This document shows positions 18,345 to 27,778 of a stretch of DNA of 64,000 bases, piece after piece. Source of the DNA: Myxococcales bacterium (lineage in GTDB: Bacteria > Myxococcota_A > UBA9042 > JABWCM01 > BTVJ01); contig BTVJ01000016.1 in NCBI GenBank assembly GCA_045863395.1, positions 32,001 through 96,000 of the forward strand, written 5' to 3'. A model generated the notes under the pieces. That model searched no databases and had not been told where the DNA came from. It saw nothing but the letters and a program-made list of their open reading frames with translations. Position 1 is the first letter of the stretch, and each line of letters starts with the position of its first letter. Made by a program: the position numbers and the translations under genes.

Positions 18345-20359
18345 AGCTGCCGTGGACCGACATGCCGCCGCCGGCGCAGCCCACGATGCGGCTCCCGGAC
18401 GCGCCCCCCGACGAGGACCGCCAGAAGCTGGACGTCGGCCGCGTCGCCCGGGGCATCGTCATGCGGGGGCGCCTGATCCTCGCGGTCGCAGGTGCGTCCT
18501 TCGTGCTGCTCGGCACCGCGGTCTTCCTGGCTACGGCGGGAACCTACCAGGCCGAGTCGCGCATGCTCACCCGGTCGGCCCGCGAGGTGCTCGCGGGGAC
18601 GCCGCTCGCATCGGGCAGCCTCCCCGACGCCAACCCCGACGCCATGGAGGAGACCGTCGCCGTGCGCCCGGTGCTGGAGCGCGCGGCCGCGGCCCTGGGC
18701 GACATCACCCCGGAGGAGCTGAGGGACATCATCTACGTCGACGCGGTCCCCCGGTCCCGCATCGTGCTGATCGGCGCCACGTCAAGGGACCCGGCCCGCG
18801 CCGCGTCCATCGCCAACGCCACGGCGCACGCCTTCCTCGACTTCCAGACCGAGCGCTTCCGCGAAGAGGTGGTCAACGCGGAGACACTGCTCAAGTCCCG
18901 CGCCGCCGACGCCCGCGACCGCCTGACCCGCAACCAGGACGAGCTGGCCGTCTTCGCGGCCTCGAAGGGCCTCTTCGACCCGGACACGGAGATCAGCTCC
19001 CTGCTGGCCGAGACGACCGCCACGGAGACGCAGATCCGGGCCGCGAGGACTGCCCTCGAGACCGCGCGGAGCCGCCTCGACTACGTGAAGGGCAAGCGCG
19101 CCAGCGAGGCGTCGACCGTGACCACCACGACCACTGCGCCGCCGGCCCGCGCGCAGATCGCCGAGCTGGAGGTGAAGCGCCGCGCCCTGCTCGCCCGGTA
19201 CACGCCAGAGCACCCGCAGCTCCAGGAGCTGGACGCGCAGGTGGCGGTGCTCGAGGCCGAGGAGAGGTCCAACCGCCGCCCGTCGGTGCAGAGCACGACC
19301 CAGGAGCCGAACCCCATCTACCAGCAGCTCTACCTCACCGAGGTGCAGACCGAGATCGAGGTCCGGTCGTCGGAGGCGCAGCTCGCCGCCCTGGAGCGGA
19401 CCCGCGACGAGCTGTCCGAGCGCGCGCGCAAGCTGCCTACCCTGCGGGCGGACCTGACCCAGCTCACCATCGAGCGGCGGGCCGCGGAGACCACCCTGGA
19501 CGACACCATGCTCGGGCTGGCGCGCGTGCAGGAGCTTCGCGGCGCGCAGACCCCGCTCTACGAGATCATCGAGGAGGCGCAGACCCCCGTGTCACCCCAG
19601 CGTGGCCGCACGCTGCTCGGCGTCGTCATCGTCGCCGCCCTGTCGCTGATCGGCGGGTTCGCGGTCGCCCTGATCGCCGAGGTGCGCGACGACCGGATCC
19701 GCGAGGTCATCGAGCTCGAGGACCTGGGCACGGCCGTGCTCGGCGCCATCCCCCCCGCCGGGCGCGGGGCCGTGGGGCACGAGGAGGCGCTGAGGCAGCT
19801 CGCCTTCTCCGTGCGACGCCTGTGCGTGGAGGGTGACCGGCGCTGCGTCCTCGTGACCAGCGCCACCGAGGGGGAGCACAAGACCGCAGTCGCGCGCGGC
19901 GTGGCCGAGGCGCTGACCGGCTGGCTGCGCCCCGTGGTGCGCATCGACGCCAACCTGCGGGACCCGGACGCGCCGCCGGGCGGGCTCGACGCCTGGCTCC
20001 GCGGGGACCTGGAGCACGCGCCGGTGGGCCGCGGGGGCGCGGGGCTCGGGGTCATCCTCGGGGGTCACGCAGGCAACCAGGCCCCGGCCCTGCTGTCCGA
20101 CCCGCGCATGGACGAGCTGCTCTCCTCAGTGCGGGAAGCGTTCCGCGTCGGCATCATCGACGGGCCTGCGCTGCTGCCGTCGGTGGACGCGGAGATCCTT
20201 GCCGAGAAGGCAGACGCGGTGCTCCTCGTGGTCCGCGCCTTCCACACCCCGCGCCCCCAGGTGACCGCCGCACTGGCGCGGCTGCGCTCGGGCGGCTCCG
20301 TGGTCCTCGGCGCCGTGCTGACCGACTCCCGGGCGGGCGCCCGCAAGGAGGTCGCATGA
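18341..20359 (+). CDS. wzc: Polysaccharide co-polymerase / Wzc (GumC)-like chain-length regulator
   Basis: Two TMs flanking a coiled-coil periplasmic region with YTPEHPQL; C-terminal P-loop-like VTSATEGEHKT, IDANLR, IIDGP. Confidence 0.8.
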   Translation: MKLPWTDMPPPAQPTMRLPDAPPDEDRQKLDVGRVARGIVMRGRLILAVAGASFVLLGTAVFLATAGTYQAESRMLTRSAREVLAGTPLASGSLPDANPDAMEETVAVRPVLERAAAALGDITPEELRDIIYVDAVPRSRIVLIGATSRDPARAASIANATAHAFLDFQTERFREEVVNAETLLKSRAADARDRLTRNQDELAVFAASKGLFDPDTEISSLLAETTATETQIRAARTALETARSRLDYVKGKRASEASTVTTTTTAPPARAQIAELEVKRRALLARYTPEHPQLQELDAQVAVLEAEERSNRRPSVQSTTQEPNPIYQQLYLTEVQTEIEVRSSEAQLAALERTRDELSERARKLPTLRADLTQLTIERRAAETTLDDTMLGLARVQELRGAQTPLYEIIEEAQTPVSPQRGRTLLGVVIVAALSLIGGFAVALIAEVRDDRIREVIELEDLGTAVLGAIPPAGRGAVGHEEALRQLAFSVRRLCVEGDRRCVLVTSATEGEHKTAVARGVAEALTGWLRPVVRIDANLRDPDAPPGGLDAWLRGDLEHAPVGRGGAGLGVILGGHAGNQAPALLSDPRMDELLSSVREAFRVGIIDGPALLPSVDAEILAEKADAVLLVVRAFHTPRPQVTAALARLRSGGSVVLGAVLTDSRAGARKEVA

Positions 20360-21372
20360 GGCGCTCCCCGCTGCTGCTGCTCGTCGCACTGGCCGCGTGC
20401 GGCCGTTCGTTCACGGAGGCCGACCAGACCGTCGAGGAGGCCAACCTGCGCTTCGAGCAGGCCATGAACGTGCCGCCGCCCGACCTGGCGCCACTGCGCA
20501 CGCCCGACGCCGCCGAGTACCGCATCGGCGCCGGCGACCGCCTGGAGCTGGAGGTCCCGAGCGCCCCGGAGCTCAACCGGGCGGGCCTCCTCGTGCGCCC
20601 CGACGGCCGGATCACGCTGCCGCTGGTCGGCGACGCCAAGGTGAGCGGCTTGACGCCCGCGCAGGCGTCCGCGGTCGTCTCGCAGGAGATGGCGCGCTAC
20701 CTGCGACGGAGCGCCGTGGTCATCGGCATCGGGGAGGCGCAGGGGGCGCGCCTGCTCGTCCTCGGGGCCGCCGCCAACCCGGGCGCCTTCCCCCTGCGGG
20801 GCCCCACCACGCTGCTGGAGGCAGTCGCCGAAGCCGGGGGTATCGCGGGGACCCCCACGGGGGGGCCGGCCGCCGACCTGCAGCGCTCCTACCTGCTGCG
20901 GGAGGGGCGCATCGTTCCGGTGCGCATCGACCGCCTGCTGGCCGGCGACATGAACCAGAACATCTACGTGCGCGGCGGGGACATGCTCTACCTCCAGCCC
21001 GCGGCGACGGGCGAGGTCTTCGTGCTCGGGCAGGTGCAGAGCCCCCAGGTGGTCCCCGCCGACTCCAGCCTCACGCTGCTCAAGGCCCTCACCCTGGCCG
21101 GGGGCGTGACCCGGGACGCCAAGGACAGCGCGGTGCGCATCATCCGGGGCTCGCTGCTGGAGCCGCAGATCTACCTCGTCGACTCGCAGGACATCACCGC
21201 CGGCCTCCGCCGCGACGTGCGGCTCATGCCTGGGGACATCGTGTTCGTGACCACCACCGAGCTGTCCGACTGGAACTACCTGCTCGGGCAGATCACCCCG
21301 ACCCTCCAGTCGGCGTTGTCGGCCCGGTATCTCATCGAGGGCCCGAACGGGCTGATCTTCGAGGGCAACTGA
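20356..21372 (+). CDS. wza: Polysaccharide export lipoprotein (OPX/Wza family)
   Basis: Lipobox LAAC; EYRIGAGDRLEL..VRPDGRITLPLVG (Poly_export); SLBB repeats; C-terminal WNYLLGQITPTL helix. Confidence 0.88.
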   Translation: MRRSPLLLLVALAACGRSFTEADQTVEEANLRFEQAMNVPPPDLAPLRTPDAAEYRIGAGDRLELEVPSAPELNRAGLLVRPDGRITLPLVGDAKVSGLTPAQASAVVSQEMARYLRRSAVVIGIGEAQGARLLVLGAAANPGAFPLRGPTTLLEAVAEAGGIAGTPTGGPAADLQRSYLLREGRIVPVRIDRLLAGDMNQNIYVRGGDMLYLQPAATGEVFVLGQVQSPQVVPADSSLTLLKALTLAGGVTRDAKDSAVRIIRGSLLEPQIYLVDSQDITAGLRRDVRLMPGDIVFVTTTELSDWNYLLGQITPTLQSALSARYLIEGPNGLIFEGN

Positions 21373-22437
21373 GTGGAGCGCTTCACCGCCCTGGGGGGCC
21401 CGGCGGTCGAGGCGCGCATCGCCAGCGACCTGGACGTGTGCATCCGAGGCATCCGCGACGCCCTGCGGCCCCTCCCCATCCGCGGCGTCGTGATCGGGGG
21501 CGGCCTCGGGCGTGGTGAGGGCGGGATCCGCAGGGAAGGCGGGGAGGAGCTCCCCTACAACGACTACGACCTGTTCGTCGTCGTGGACGCCCCGTCCCTG
21601 CTCCTCTCCATGGTGCGCCCTCGCGTCAACCGCCTTGCCGCCGCGCTGACCACCTCGCTGAACGTCGAGGTGGAGATCGGCGTACTGCGCCCCACCGATC
21701 TCGCGGCCGCGCCGCCCACGCTCATGATGACGGATCTGCGCGCGGGCCACCGGGTGCTCGTCGGGCCGCCGGACCTGCTCTCCGCCATGCCCGCCGGGCG
21801 GCCGCTCGCGCCGGTGGAGGCGTCGCGCCTGCTCCTCAACCGCGGCGCGCTGCTGGTCATGGCGCGCCAGCTCGTCGACGGCGGCCCCCTCGGACCTCAA
21901 GAATGGGAGCGCGTCGCCCGATACGTCCGCAAGTCCGTGCTGGCGCGGGGAGACTCCTGGCTCATGCTGCGTGGCCGCTACCTGACCGGCGCGCAGGCGT
22001 GCGCCGAGCGCCTGGCTGCGGAGGGTCCGCCGGACCTCGCCGACGCCTATGGTCGCGCAGTGCGGGAGCGGCTGGGTGGGATCGAGGCTCCGGGAGACCC
22101 CGGCGAGAGCCTCCGTGCGGAGGCGGAGGCGCTGGTCGGTGCCTTCGGGGCAGCCGAGTCGGCCCGCCTCGGCGGCTCATGGCCGCCCTTCAGGACCTAT
22201 GGCCGGACCGTGCTGGCCGCGGAGGGCGCGAGCCCCGCGCGGGAGCGCCTGCGGGTCGCGCGCCATGCGGGCCCCGGGGCCCTGGTCGGAGGGCGCCCGT
22301 GGGCCCGCTGCGCCGCACTGCTTCCGTGGGTCCTGGCGGGCGAGGCGACGGGAATTGCGCCGGGCTGCGCGCTGGGACCCGCACGAACGCAGGGCGACGC
22401 GGTCCGCTGGCTCGCCCTCTGGCGCGCCAGCGCGTAG
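21373..22437 (+). CDS. Nucleotidyltransferase-fold hypothetical protein
   Basis: VIGGGLGRGEG..YNDYDLFVVV resembles the pol-beta superfamily hG[GS]..DxD motif. Confidence 0.6.
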   Translation: MERFTALGGPAVEARIASDLDVCIRGIRDALRPLPIRGVVIGGGLGRGEGGIRREGGEELPYNDYDLFVVVDAPSLLLSMVRPRVNRLAAALTTSLNVEVEIGVLRPTDLAAAPPTLMMTDLRAGHRVLVGPPDLLSAMPAGRPLAPVEASRLLLNRGALLVMARQLVDGGPLGPQEWERVARYVRKSVLARGDSWLMLRGRYLTGAQACAERLAAEGPPDLADAYGRAVRERLGGIEAPGDPGESLRAEAEALVGAFGAAESARLGGSWPPFRTYGRTVLAAEGASPARERLRVARHAGPGALVGGRPWARCAALLPWVLAGEATGIAPGCALGPARTQGDAVRWLALWRASA

Positions 22438-22463
22438 AGTCAGGACGACCAGGAGCGCTCAGG

Positions 22464-23645
22464 ATGCCGGAGACCCTGCACATCAACGTGTTCGTGGACG
22501 CGCTGGGGTGGCGCATCGCCGCCCCGCGCAACCTGTTGCCCGAGCTGGACGCGGTGCGCCAGCCCGTGCGCACGGTGCTGGGCTACTCATCCGCGGCCGT
22601 GCCGACCATCCTCACCGGGGTCCTGCCCCGGGTGCACGGCCAGTGGTCCTTCTACTTGTGGGGCCCCGAGGCGTCTCCTTTCCGCTGGCTCCGCCCCCTG
22701 TCGGTGCTCCCCCACCGGGTCGCCGCGCACCACCGCGTCCGGCGCCCCATCAGCGCCGTGGTCAAGCGCGCGCTGGGTTACACCGGCTACTTCAACCTCT
22801 ACGCGGCCCCCTTCAGCCGCGTGTGGCAATGGGACTGGTGCGAGAAGGAGGACCTGTTCGCCCCCGGCGGGGTCAATGGCCACGCGACGATCTTCGACGC
22901 GCTGGACGAGGCCGGCGTGCGCCACCACCGCTCCGACTGGCGCAGGCCCGAGGACGAGAACATCGCGGCAGCGATCACCGCGGCCAAGGACCCGCGCACC
23001 GGCTTCGTCTTCGTGTATCTGGCGGGCCTCGACGCCGTACTTCACAGGTACGGGCACCCGGGCGCCGACCGCCCGGAGGGCGCCGCCCGCTACGAGGACG
23101 CGGTCCGCCGCATCGTCGCCGCAGGCAAGGGCGCCCACGACGACGTGAGGGTGTGTGTGTTCAGCGACCACGGCATGGCCGAGGTGCACCGGGTGGCGGA
23201 CCTGCGACACGCCGTCGAGGCGACGGGCCTCCGGTACGGCACCGACTACGCGGCCATCTACGACTCCACCATGGTCCGCCTGTGGTACCTGCGGCCGGAG
23301 CACCGCCCCCGGTTGGAGCAGGCGCTGGCGGCGACGGGCGCGGGGCGGTTCCTGTCCGAGCACGACCTGGCGGCCTCGGGCGCCGACTTCCCGGGTCACC
23401 GTTACGGCGAGGGCATCTTCCTGTGTGATCCGGGCGTGCTCGTGGTGCCGAGCGACATGGGCCTCACCCCCATCGCCGGGATGCACGGGTACGGGGAGGA
23501 CGACCCGGACTCCGACGCCGTGCTCCTGAGCTCCCACCCGCCTGCGGCGCCCGTGCGCCGGATCGACGACCTGAACCGCATGATGCGCGCCCAGGTGGGC
23601 CTCCCGCCCGCCCCCGGGGCGACGCCTCTCGAGGAGGCCGCATGA
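22464..23645 (+). CDS. Alkaline phosphatase / nucleotide pyrophosphatase superfamily protein
   Basis: FVDALG, GYSSAAVPTILTG, LDAVLHRYG, FSDHGM, GMHGY metal-ligand motifs. Confidence 0.8.
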   Translation: MPETLHINVFVDALGWRIAAPRNLLPELDAVRQPVRTVLGYSSAAVPTILTGVLPRVHGQWSFYLWGPEASPFRWLRPLSVLPHRVAAHHRVRRPISAVVKRALGYTGYFNLYAAPFSRVWQWDWCEKEDLFAPGGVNGHATIFDALDEAGVRHHRSDWRRPEDENIAAAITAAKDPRTGFVFVYLAGLDAVLHRYGHPGADRPEGAARYEDAVRRIVAAGKGAHDDVRVCVFSDHGMAEVHRVADLRHAVEATGLRYGTDYAAIYDSTMVRLWYLRPEHRPRLEQALAATGAGRFLSEHDLAASGADFPGHRYGEGIFLCDPGVLVVPSDMGLTPIAGMHGYGEDDPDSDAVLLSSHPPAAPVRRIDDLNRMMRAQVGLPPAPGATPLEEAA

Positions 23646-24472
23646 TCTCTCAGCCCGTCGCGCAGTATGCCGACTTTCCAGCGACCGACGGCCGTCCCGA
23701 GCCGGTCCTTGGCTCCCTGCGCCGGGTGGAGGTGCTCGGGGTGCCGGTGGACACCCTCTCCCGGGCCTCCTTCTGCGGGGCAGTGGAGGAGCTGATCGCC
23801 CGACCGGCGCCCTCCGTGCTCGCCCCCGTGAACGTGGACATCCTGAACCAGGCCGTCGGCAACGGGCGGCTGCGAGGCTTCCTCCGCCGCGCAGACGTCG
23901 TCTACGCGGACGGGGCCGGCGTGGTCCTCGGCGCCCGCCTGAGCGGCGGGAACCTCCCGGGCCGCCTGACGGCCGCCGACCTGATCCACGACCTGTGCGA
24001 GGCATGGCGGGACGGGCGCCACAGCATCTACTTCCTGGGCGGCGCCCCGGGGGTCGCCGAGAGGGCGGCCGACGCGCTTCGGGAGGCCCACCCTGGCGCC
24101 CGCATCGCCGGTACCTGGCCGGGCCACCTGTCACCGCAGGAGGAGCTGCGCGCATTGGCGGACATCGCGCACCGTCGCCCCGACGTGCTGTGCGTCGGCT
24201 TCGGGACCCCCATCCAGGAGGACTTCGTCGAGCGCCATGCCGAGGCCCTCGCGCACGTGCCTTTGATCTGGCCCGTGGGGGCCCTGACGACGTACATTGC
24301 TGGCGCCGTCCCGAGAGCACCGGCCTGGATGGGCGACGCGGGGCTCGAGTGGCTCTTCCGCCTGTCCCTGGAGCCGCGGCGGCTGTTCCGCCGCTACGTG
24401 ATCGGAAACCCGCTGTTCGTGGCGCGCGTGCTGGCCCAGGCCGTGGGGCGCGCGCGCAAGGAGAGGTCGTGA
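23642..24472 (+). CDS. WecB/TagA/CpsF family glycosyltransferase (GT26)
   Basis: VLGVPVD, YADGAGVV, YFLGG, VGFGTPIQE, PRAPAWM..GLEWLFRLSLEPRRLFRRY. Confidence 0.9.
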   Translation: MISQPVAQYADFPATDGRPEPVLGSLRRVEVLGVPVDTLSRASFCGAVEELIARPAPSVLAPVNVDILNQAVGNGRLRGFLRRADVVYADGAGVVLGARLSGGNLPGRLTAADLIHDLCEAWRDGRHSIYFLGGAPGVAERAADALREAHPGARIAGTWPGHLSPQEELRALADIAHRRPDVLCVGFGTPIQEDFVERHAEALAHVPLIWPVGALTTYIAGAVPRAPAWMGDAGLEWLFRLSLEPRRLFRRYVIGNPLFVARVLAQAVGRARKERS

Positions 24473-24474
24473 CC

Positions 24475-25287
24475 ATGAAGACCGTGATCCTGTGCGGCGG
24501 CAAGGGGACCCGCCTCCGCGAGCACACGGAGAGCATCCCAAAGCCGCTGGTGGAGATCGGCGGGCGCCCGATCCTCTGGCACCTCATGAAGCTCTACCTC
24601 GCCCAGGGCTTCGGGGACTTCGTGCTCGCGCTCGGATACAAGGGGGACCGCATCAAGCAGTTCTTCCTCGCCGAGCTGGACCAGAAGGCGGGCGACTTCC
24701 GCCTCGTGCAGTCCAACGGCACGCCGGCCATCGAGCCCCTGCGGTCCTCGTCCGAGCCGTGGGACATCGTCTTCGCCGAGACGGGCCTGGAGACGGACAC
24801 GGGCGGTCGCCTGCACCGCGTCCGCAGCTACGTCGGGGACGGGACCTTCGGGCTGACCTATGCGGACGGCCTGGCCGACATCGATCTCGGCTCCCTTGCG
24901 GCCTTCCACCGCTCGCATGGGCGTCTGGCGACGGTCACGGCCGTGCGCCCCCAGTCCACGCTCGGGCTGCTGGACCTGGCGGACGGCAACGTGGTGCGCG
25001 GCTTCCGAGAGAAGCCGCGCCTCGACCACCTGATCAACGGCGGCTTCTTCCTGCTGGAGCCGGGCGTCTTTGACTACACCACGCCGTCCTGCAACTTCGA
25101 GCGGGACGTGCTGCCCCGCCTCGCCGCGGACGGCCAGCTGGTGGCCTTCCCACACGAGGGCTACTGGGCCTGCATGGACACCTACAAAGACAACGTCACC
25201 CTCAACGAGCTGTGGCAGCAGCAGCGTGCGCCGTGGAAGCTGTGGAGCGACAACGGCGCTCGTGGGGCGGACGGAGGAGACAGATGA
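24475..25287 (+). CDS. rfbF: Glucose-1-phosphate cytidylyltransferase
   Basis: MKTVILCGGKGTRLREHTESIPKPLVEIGGRPILWH, TGGRL, TYADGLADID, INGGFF, YWACMDT. Confidence 0.88.
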   Translation: MKTVILCGGKGTRLREHTESIPKPLVEIGGRPILWHLMKLYLAQGFGDFVLALGYKGDRIKQFFLAELDQKAGDFRLVQSNGTPAIEPLRSSSEPWDIVFAETGLETDTGGRLHRVRSYVGDGTFGLTYADGLADIDLGSLAAFHRSHGRLATVTAVRPQSTLGLLDLADGNVVRGFREKPRLDHLINGGFFLLEPGVFDYTTPSCNFERDVLPRLAADGQLVAFPHEGYWACMDTYKDNVTLNELWQQQRAPWKLWSDNGARGADGGDR

Positions 25288-26264
25288 GCGACTTCTGGAA
25301 GGGACGCCCGGTGCTCGTGACCGGGGGGGGCGGCTTCCTCGGGAGCTGGCTGGTCAAGCACCTGGTGGACCGGGGCGCGTCCGTGGTCTGCCTGCTTCGG
25401 GACACGGTCCCCGAGAGCGGCCTCCGCATGTTGGGCCTGGAGGACCGCGTCCAGGTGGTGCGCGGCGACATCATCGACTACGCGTGCGTCGAGCGCGCCC
25501 TCAACGAGTATGAGACAGACACGGTCTTCCACCTGGCGGCCCAGGCGCTGGTCGGGACGGCGAACCGCTCCCCTCTGTCCACCTTCGAGACCAACATCAA
25601 GGGCACCTGGGTGGTGCTGGAGGCCGCACGCACGATCTCGACCGTGACGCGCACCGTGGTCGCCTCGTCCGACAAGGCCTACGGCAGCGCCCCCGACCTC
25701 CCCTACCGGGAGGACCACCCCATGGCGGGGCTGCACCCCTACGACGCGTCCAAGTCCTGCACCGACATCCTGGCGCGGACCTACGCCCACACCTGGGGCA
25801 TGCCGGTGACGGTCACCCGCTGCGGCAACCTGTACGGCGGCGGAGACATGAACTGGAACCGCATCGTGCCGGACACCATCCGGGCGCTGTGGGAGGGGCG
25901 CGCGCCGGTCATCCGCAGCGACGGCACCTTCGAGCGGGACTACCTCTACGTGGAGGACGCCGCGCTCGGCTACCTGCGGCTCGCGGAGCGCACGCCGGAC
26001 AAGGACGTGCGCGGCAAGGCCTTCAACCTCGGGCTCGGGCGCCCCGTGACGGTGCTCGAGATCGTGGACCAGCTCATCGCCATCCACGGCAAGCCGGTCG
26101 AGCCCCAGGTGCTCAACCAGGCGAAGGCGGAGATCCACAGCCAGTATCTGGACTGCACCCTCGCGCGGGAGCTCCTCGGGTGGACCCCCGCGCACGATCT
26201 GAGCGCCGGACTGCGCAAGGCGTGGGACTGGTACTCGGGCTGGCTCGACGCACACCGCAGATGA
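25284..26264 (+). CDS. rfbG: CDP-glucose 4,6-dehydratase-like NAD-dependent epimerase/dehydratase
   Basis: FWKGRPVLVTGGGGFLGSWL, HLAAQALV, SSDKAY, PYDASK (YxxxK), RCGNLYGGGD; coupled to rfbF. Confidence 0.8.
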   Translation: MSDFWKGRPVLVTGGGGFLGSWLVKHLVDRGASVVCLLRDTVPESGLRMLGLEDRVQVVRGDIIDYACVERALNEYETDTVFHLAAQALVGTANRSPLSTFETNIKGTWVVLEAARTISTVTRTVVASSDKAYGSAPDLPYREDHPMAGLHPYDASKSCTDILARTYAHTWGMPVTVTRCGNLYGGGDMNWNRIVPDTIRALWEGRAPVIRSDGTFERDYLYVEDAALGYLRLAERTPDKDVRGKAFNLGLGRPVTVLEIVDQLIAIHGKPVEPQVLNQAKAEIHSQYLDCTLARELLGWTPAHDLSAGLRKAWDWYSGWLDAHRR

Positions 26265-27778
26265 CCGACGAGCGGCTCGCCCGCGCGGTGCCCTGGACAG
26301 TCCTCACGCGCATCGCGACGCTGGCGTCCACGCTGGCCGTCTCCGCCATCCTCTACCGCTCGCTCAGCGGAGAGCGCTTCGGCCTCTACACGGTGCTGCG
26401 CTCGGCGCTCCAGTACACCGTGCTGCTCGTGTCCTTCGGGCTCGACCGGAGCCTGCTGCGCTACTTGCCCGAGGCTCGGGCCAGGGACGCCCTCGGAGCC
26501 GTCGCGAGCATCGGCAGGCGGGTGGTCTGGGTCCAGCTCGCCCTCGCCGTGCTCGTCGGTGCCCTGACGGTCACCTTCGCGCAGCCCATCGCCGCGCTGC
26601 TCGGAGCGGCGGAGGGCGCCTCTTCGGTGGCGGAGCTGCGCCTGCTCATGCTGATCGTCGCCGTGGCGACCGCCTTCACCGTGGCCTACCAGACGGCGTC
26701 GAGCGTGTGCATCTCGGCCTACCGGACGGAGGTGGTCTCCGGCGCGTCGGCGGTGCGCGGCCTGCTCTGGGTCGGCGCCACGGCCCTGCTCATCGCGCTG
26801 GATCTGGACGTCGCCGGCGCGCTCTGGGCCGAGGCCCTCAGCATGTGCGTCGCAGCGGTCGGGCTCGGGGTGGCGGCCGCGCGCCTGCTGCACCAGGAGG
26901 GAGCGGGAAGGCCGCCCGTGCCCGCGCAGCAGGTGGTGGCCCGGCGGCGGCAGCTCGCCTACGCGGGCGTCATCGTGTGGTCCGGCGTGGTGAACCTGAT
27001 CGTGTCCCGCCAGTCCGAGGTGTTCTTCCTGGCCCACTGGCACGGCCTGACCGTGTCCGGCGACTACGACCTGTGCTACTCCTACCCCCAGCTCGCTCTG
27101 GAGTTCGTGCCGCTGGCCGCGGCGCCCGTCGTCACGAGCGCCATCGCGGAGGCCTTCGGCCGGGACAGGAGCAGCCTCAAGGCCGCGACCGAGCGCTACT
27201 ACCGGCTGCTCGGGCTCCTCTCCATTCCGGTGGCCGTGCTCGGCGTGCTATGGTCCGACCTGCTGCTGGTGCTGCTCTTCGGGGGCCGCATCGCGCCCTC
27301 CGCCCACTGGGCGCAGGTCTTCTCGGTGATCCACCTGGTGCCGCTCGTGTTCGTCCCACTGAGCACGGCGCTCATGACGGTGGAGAAGGCGCACAAGGTG
27401 TTGCACCTCGGCCTGCTTCAAGTCGCGACCAACATCGGCCTCGATCTGCTGCTCATCGAGCGTTGGGGCTTCGCAGGCGCGGTTGCCGCCGTCTCCATCA
27501 CCCTCGTCACCATGACCCCCATCACCCTGTGGGTTGTCGGCCGGCAGGTCGGGGGCACCTTCATCCCGGCGGGTTACTTCGCCCGCGTCCTGATGGGATG
27601 CCTGCCCGCCGTGGCCGTGGCCGTGGCGCTCCGGCTCCTGCTGCCCTCGGGCGTGGCGCTCGTGCTGGGCATCCCCGCGTCCACTGCGCTCATCGCGCTG
27701 GGGCTCAGGCGCGCCGGCGCCCTGGGCCCCGAGGAGCTGGACTTGATTCGTCGCGTGCGGCTCCGGGGGAGGACCTGA
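26261..27778 (+). CDS. wzx: Oligosaccharide flippase (Wzx family)
   Basis: Many TM segments, FGLY..FGLDRSLLRY, NIGLDLLLIERWGFAGAVAA; sits in polysaccharide cluster. Confidence 0.8.
   Translation: MTDERLARAVPWTVLTRIATLASTLAVSAILYRSLSGERFGLYTVLRSALQYTVLLVSFGLDRSLLRYLPEARARDALGAVASIGRRVVWVQLALAVLVGALTVTFAQPIAALLGAAEGASSVAELRLLMLIVAVATAFTVAYQTASSVCISAYRTEVVSGASAVRGLLWVGATALLIALDLDVAGALWAEALSMCVAAVGLGVAAARLLHQEGAGRPPVPAQQVVARRRQLAYAGVIVWSGVVNLIVSRQSEVFFLAHWHGLTVSGDYDLCYSYPQLALEFVPLAAAPVVTSAIAEAFGRDRSSLKAATERYYRLLGLLSIPVAVLGVLWSDLLLVLLFGGRIAPSAHWAQVFSVIHLVPLVFVPLSTALMTVEKAHKVLHLGLLQVATNIGLDLLLIERWGFAGAVAAVSITLVTMTPITLWVVGRQVGGTFIPAGYFARVLMGCLPAVAVAVALRLLLPSGVALVLGIPASTALIALGLRRAGALGPEELDLIRRVRLRGRT

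Noticed and set aside
21373..22437. CBASS/CD-NTase or toxin-antitoxin nucleotidyltransferase defence gene
   Set aside because: Embedded in a polysaccharide operon with no effector, Cap or HEPN partner.
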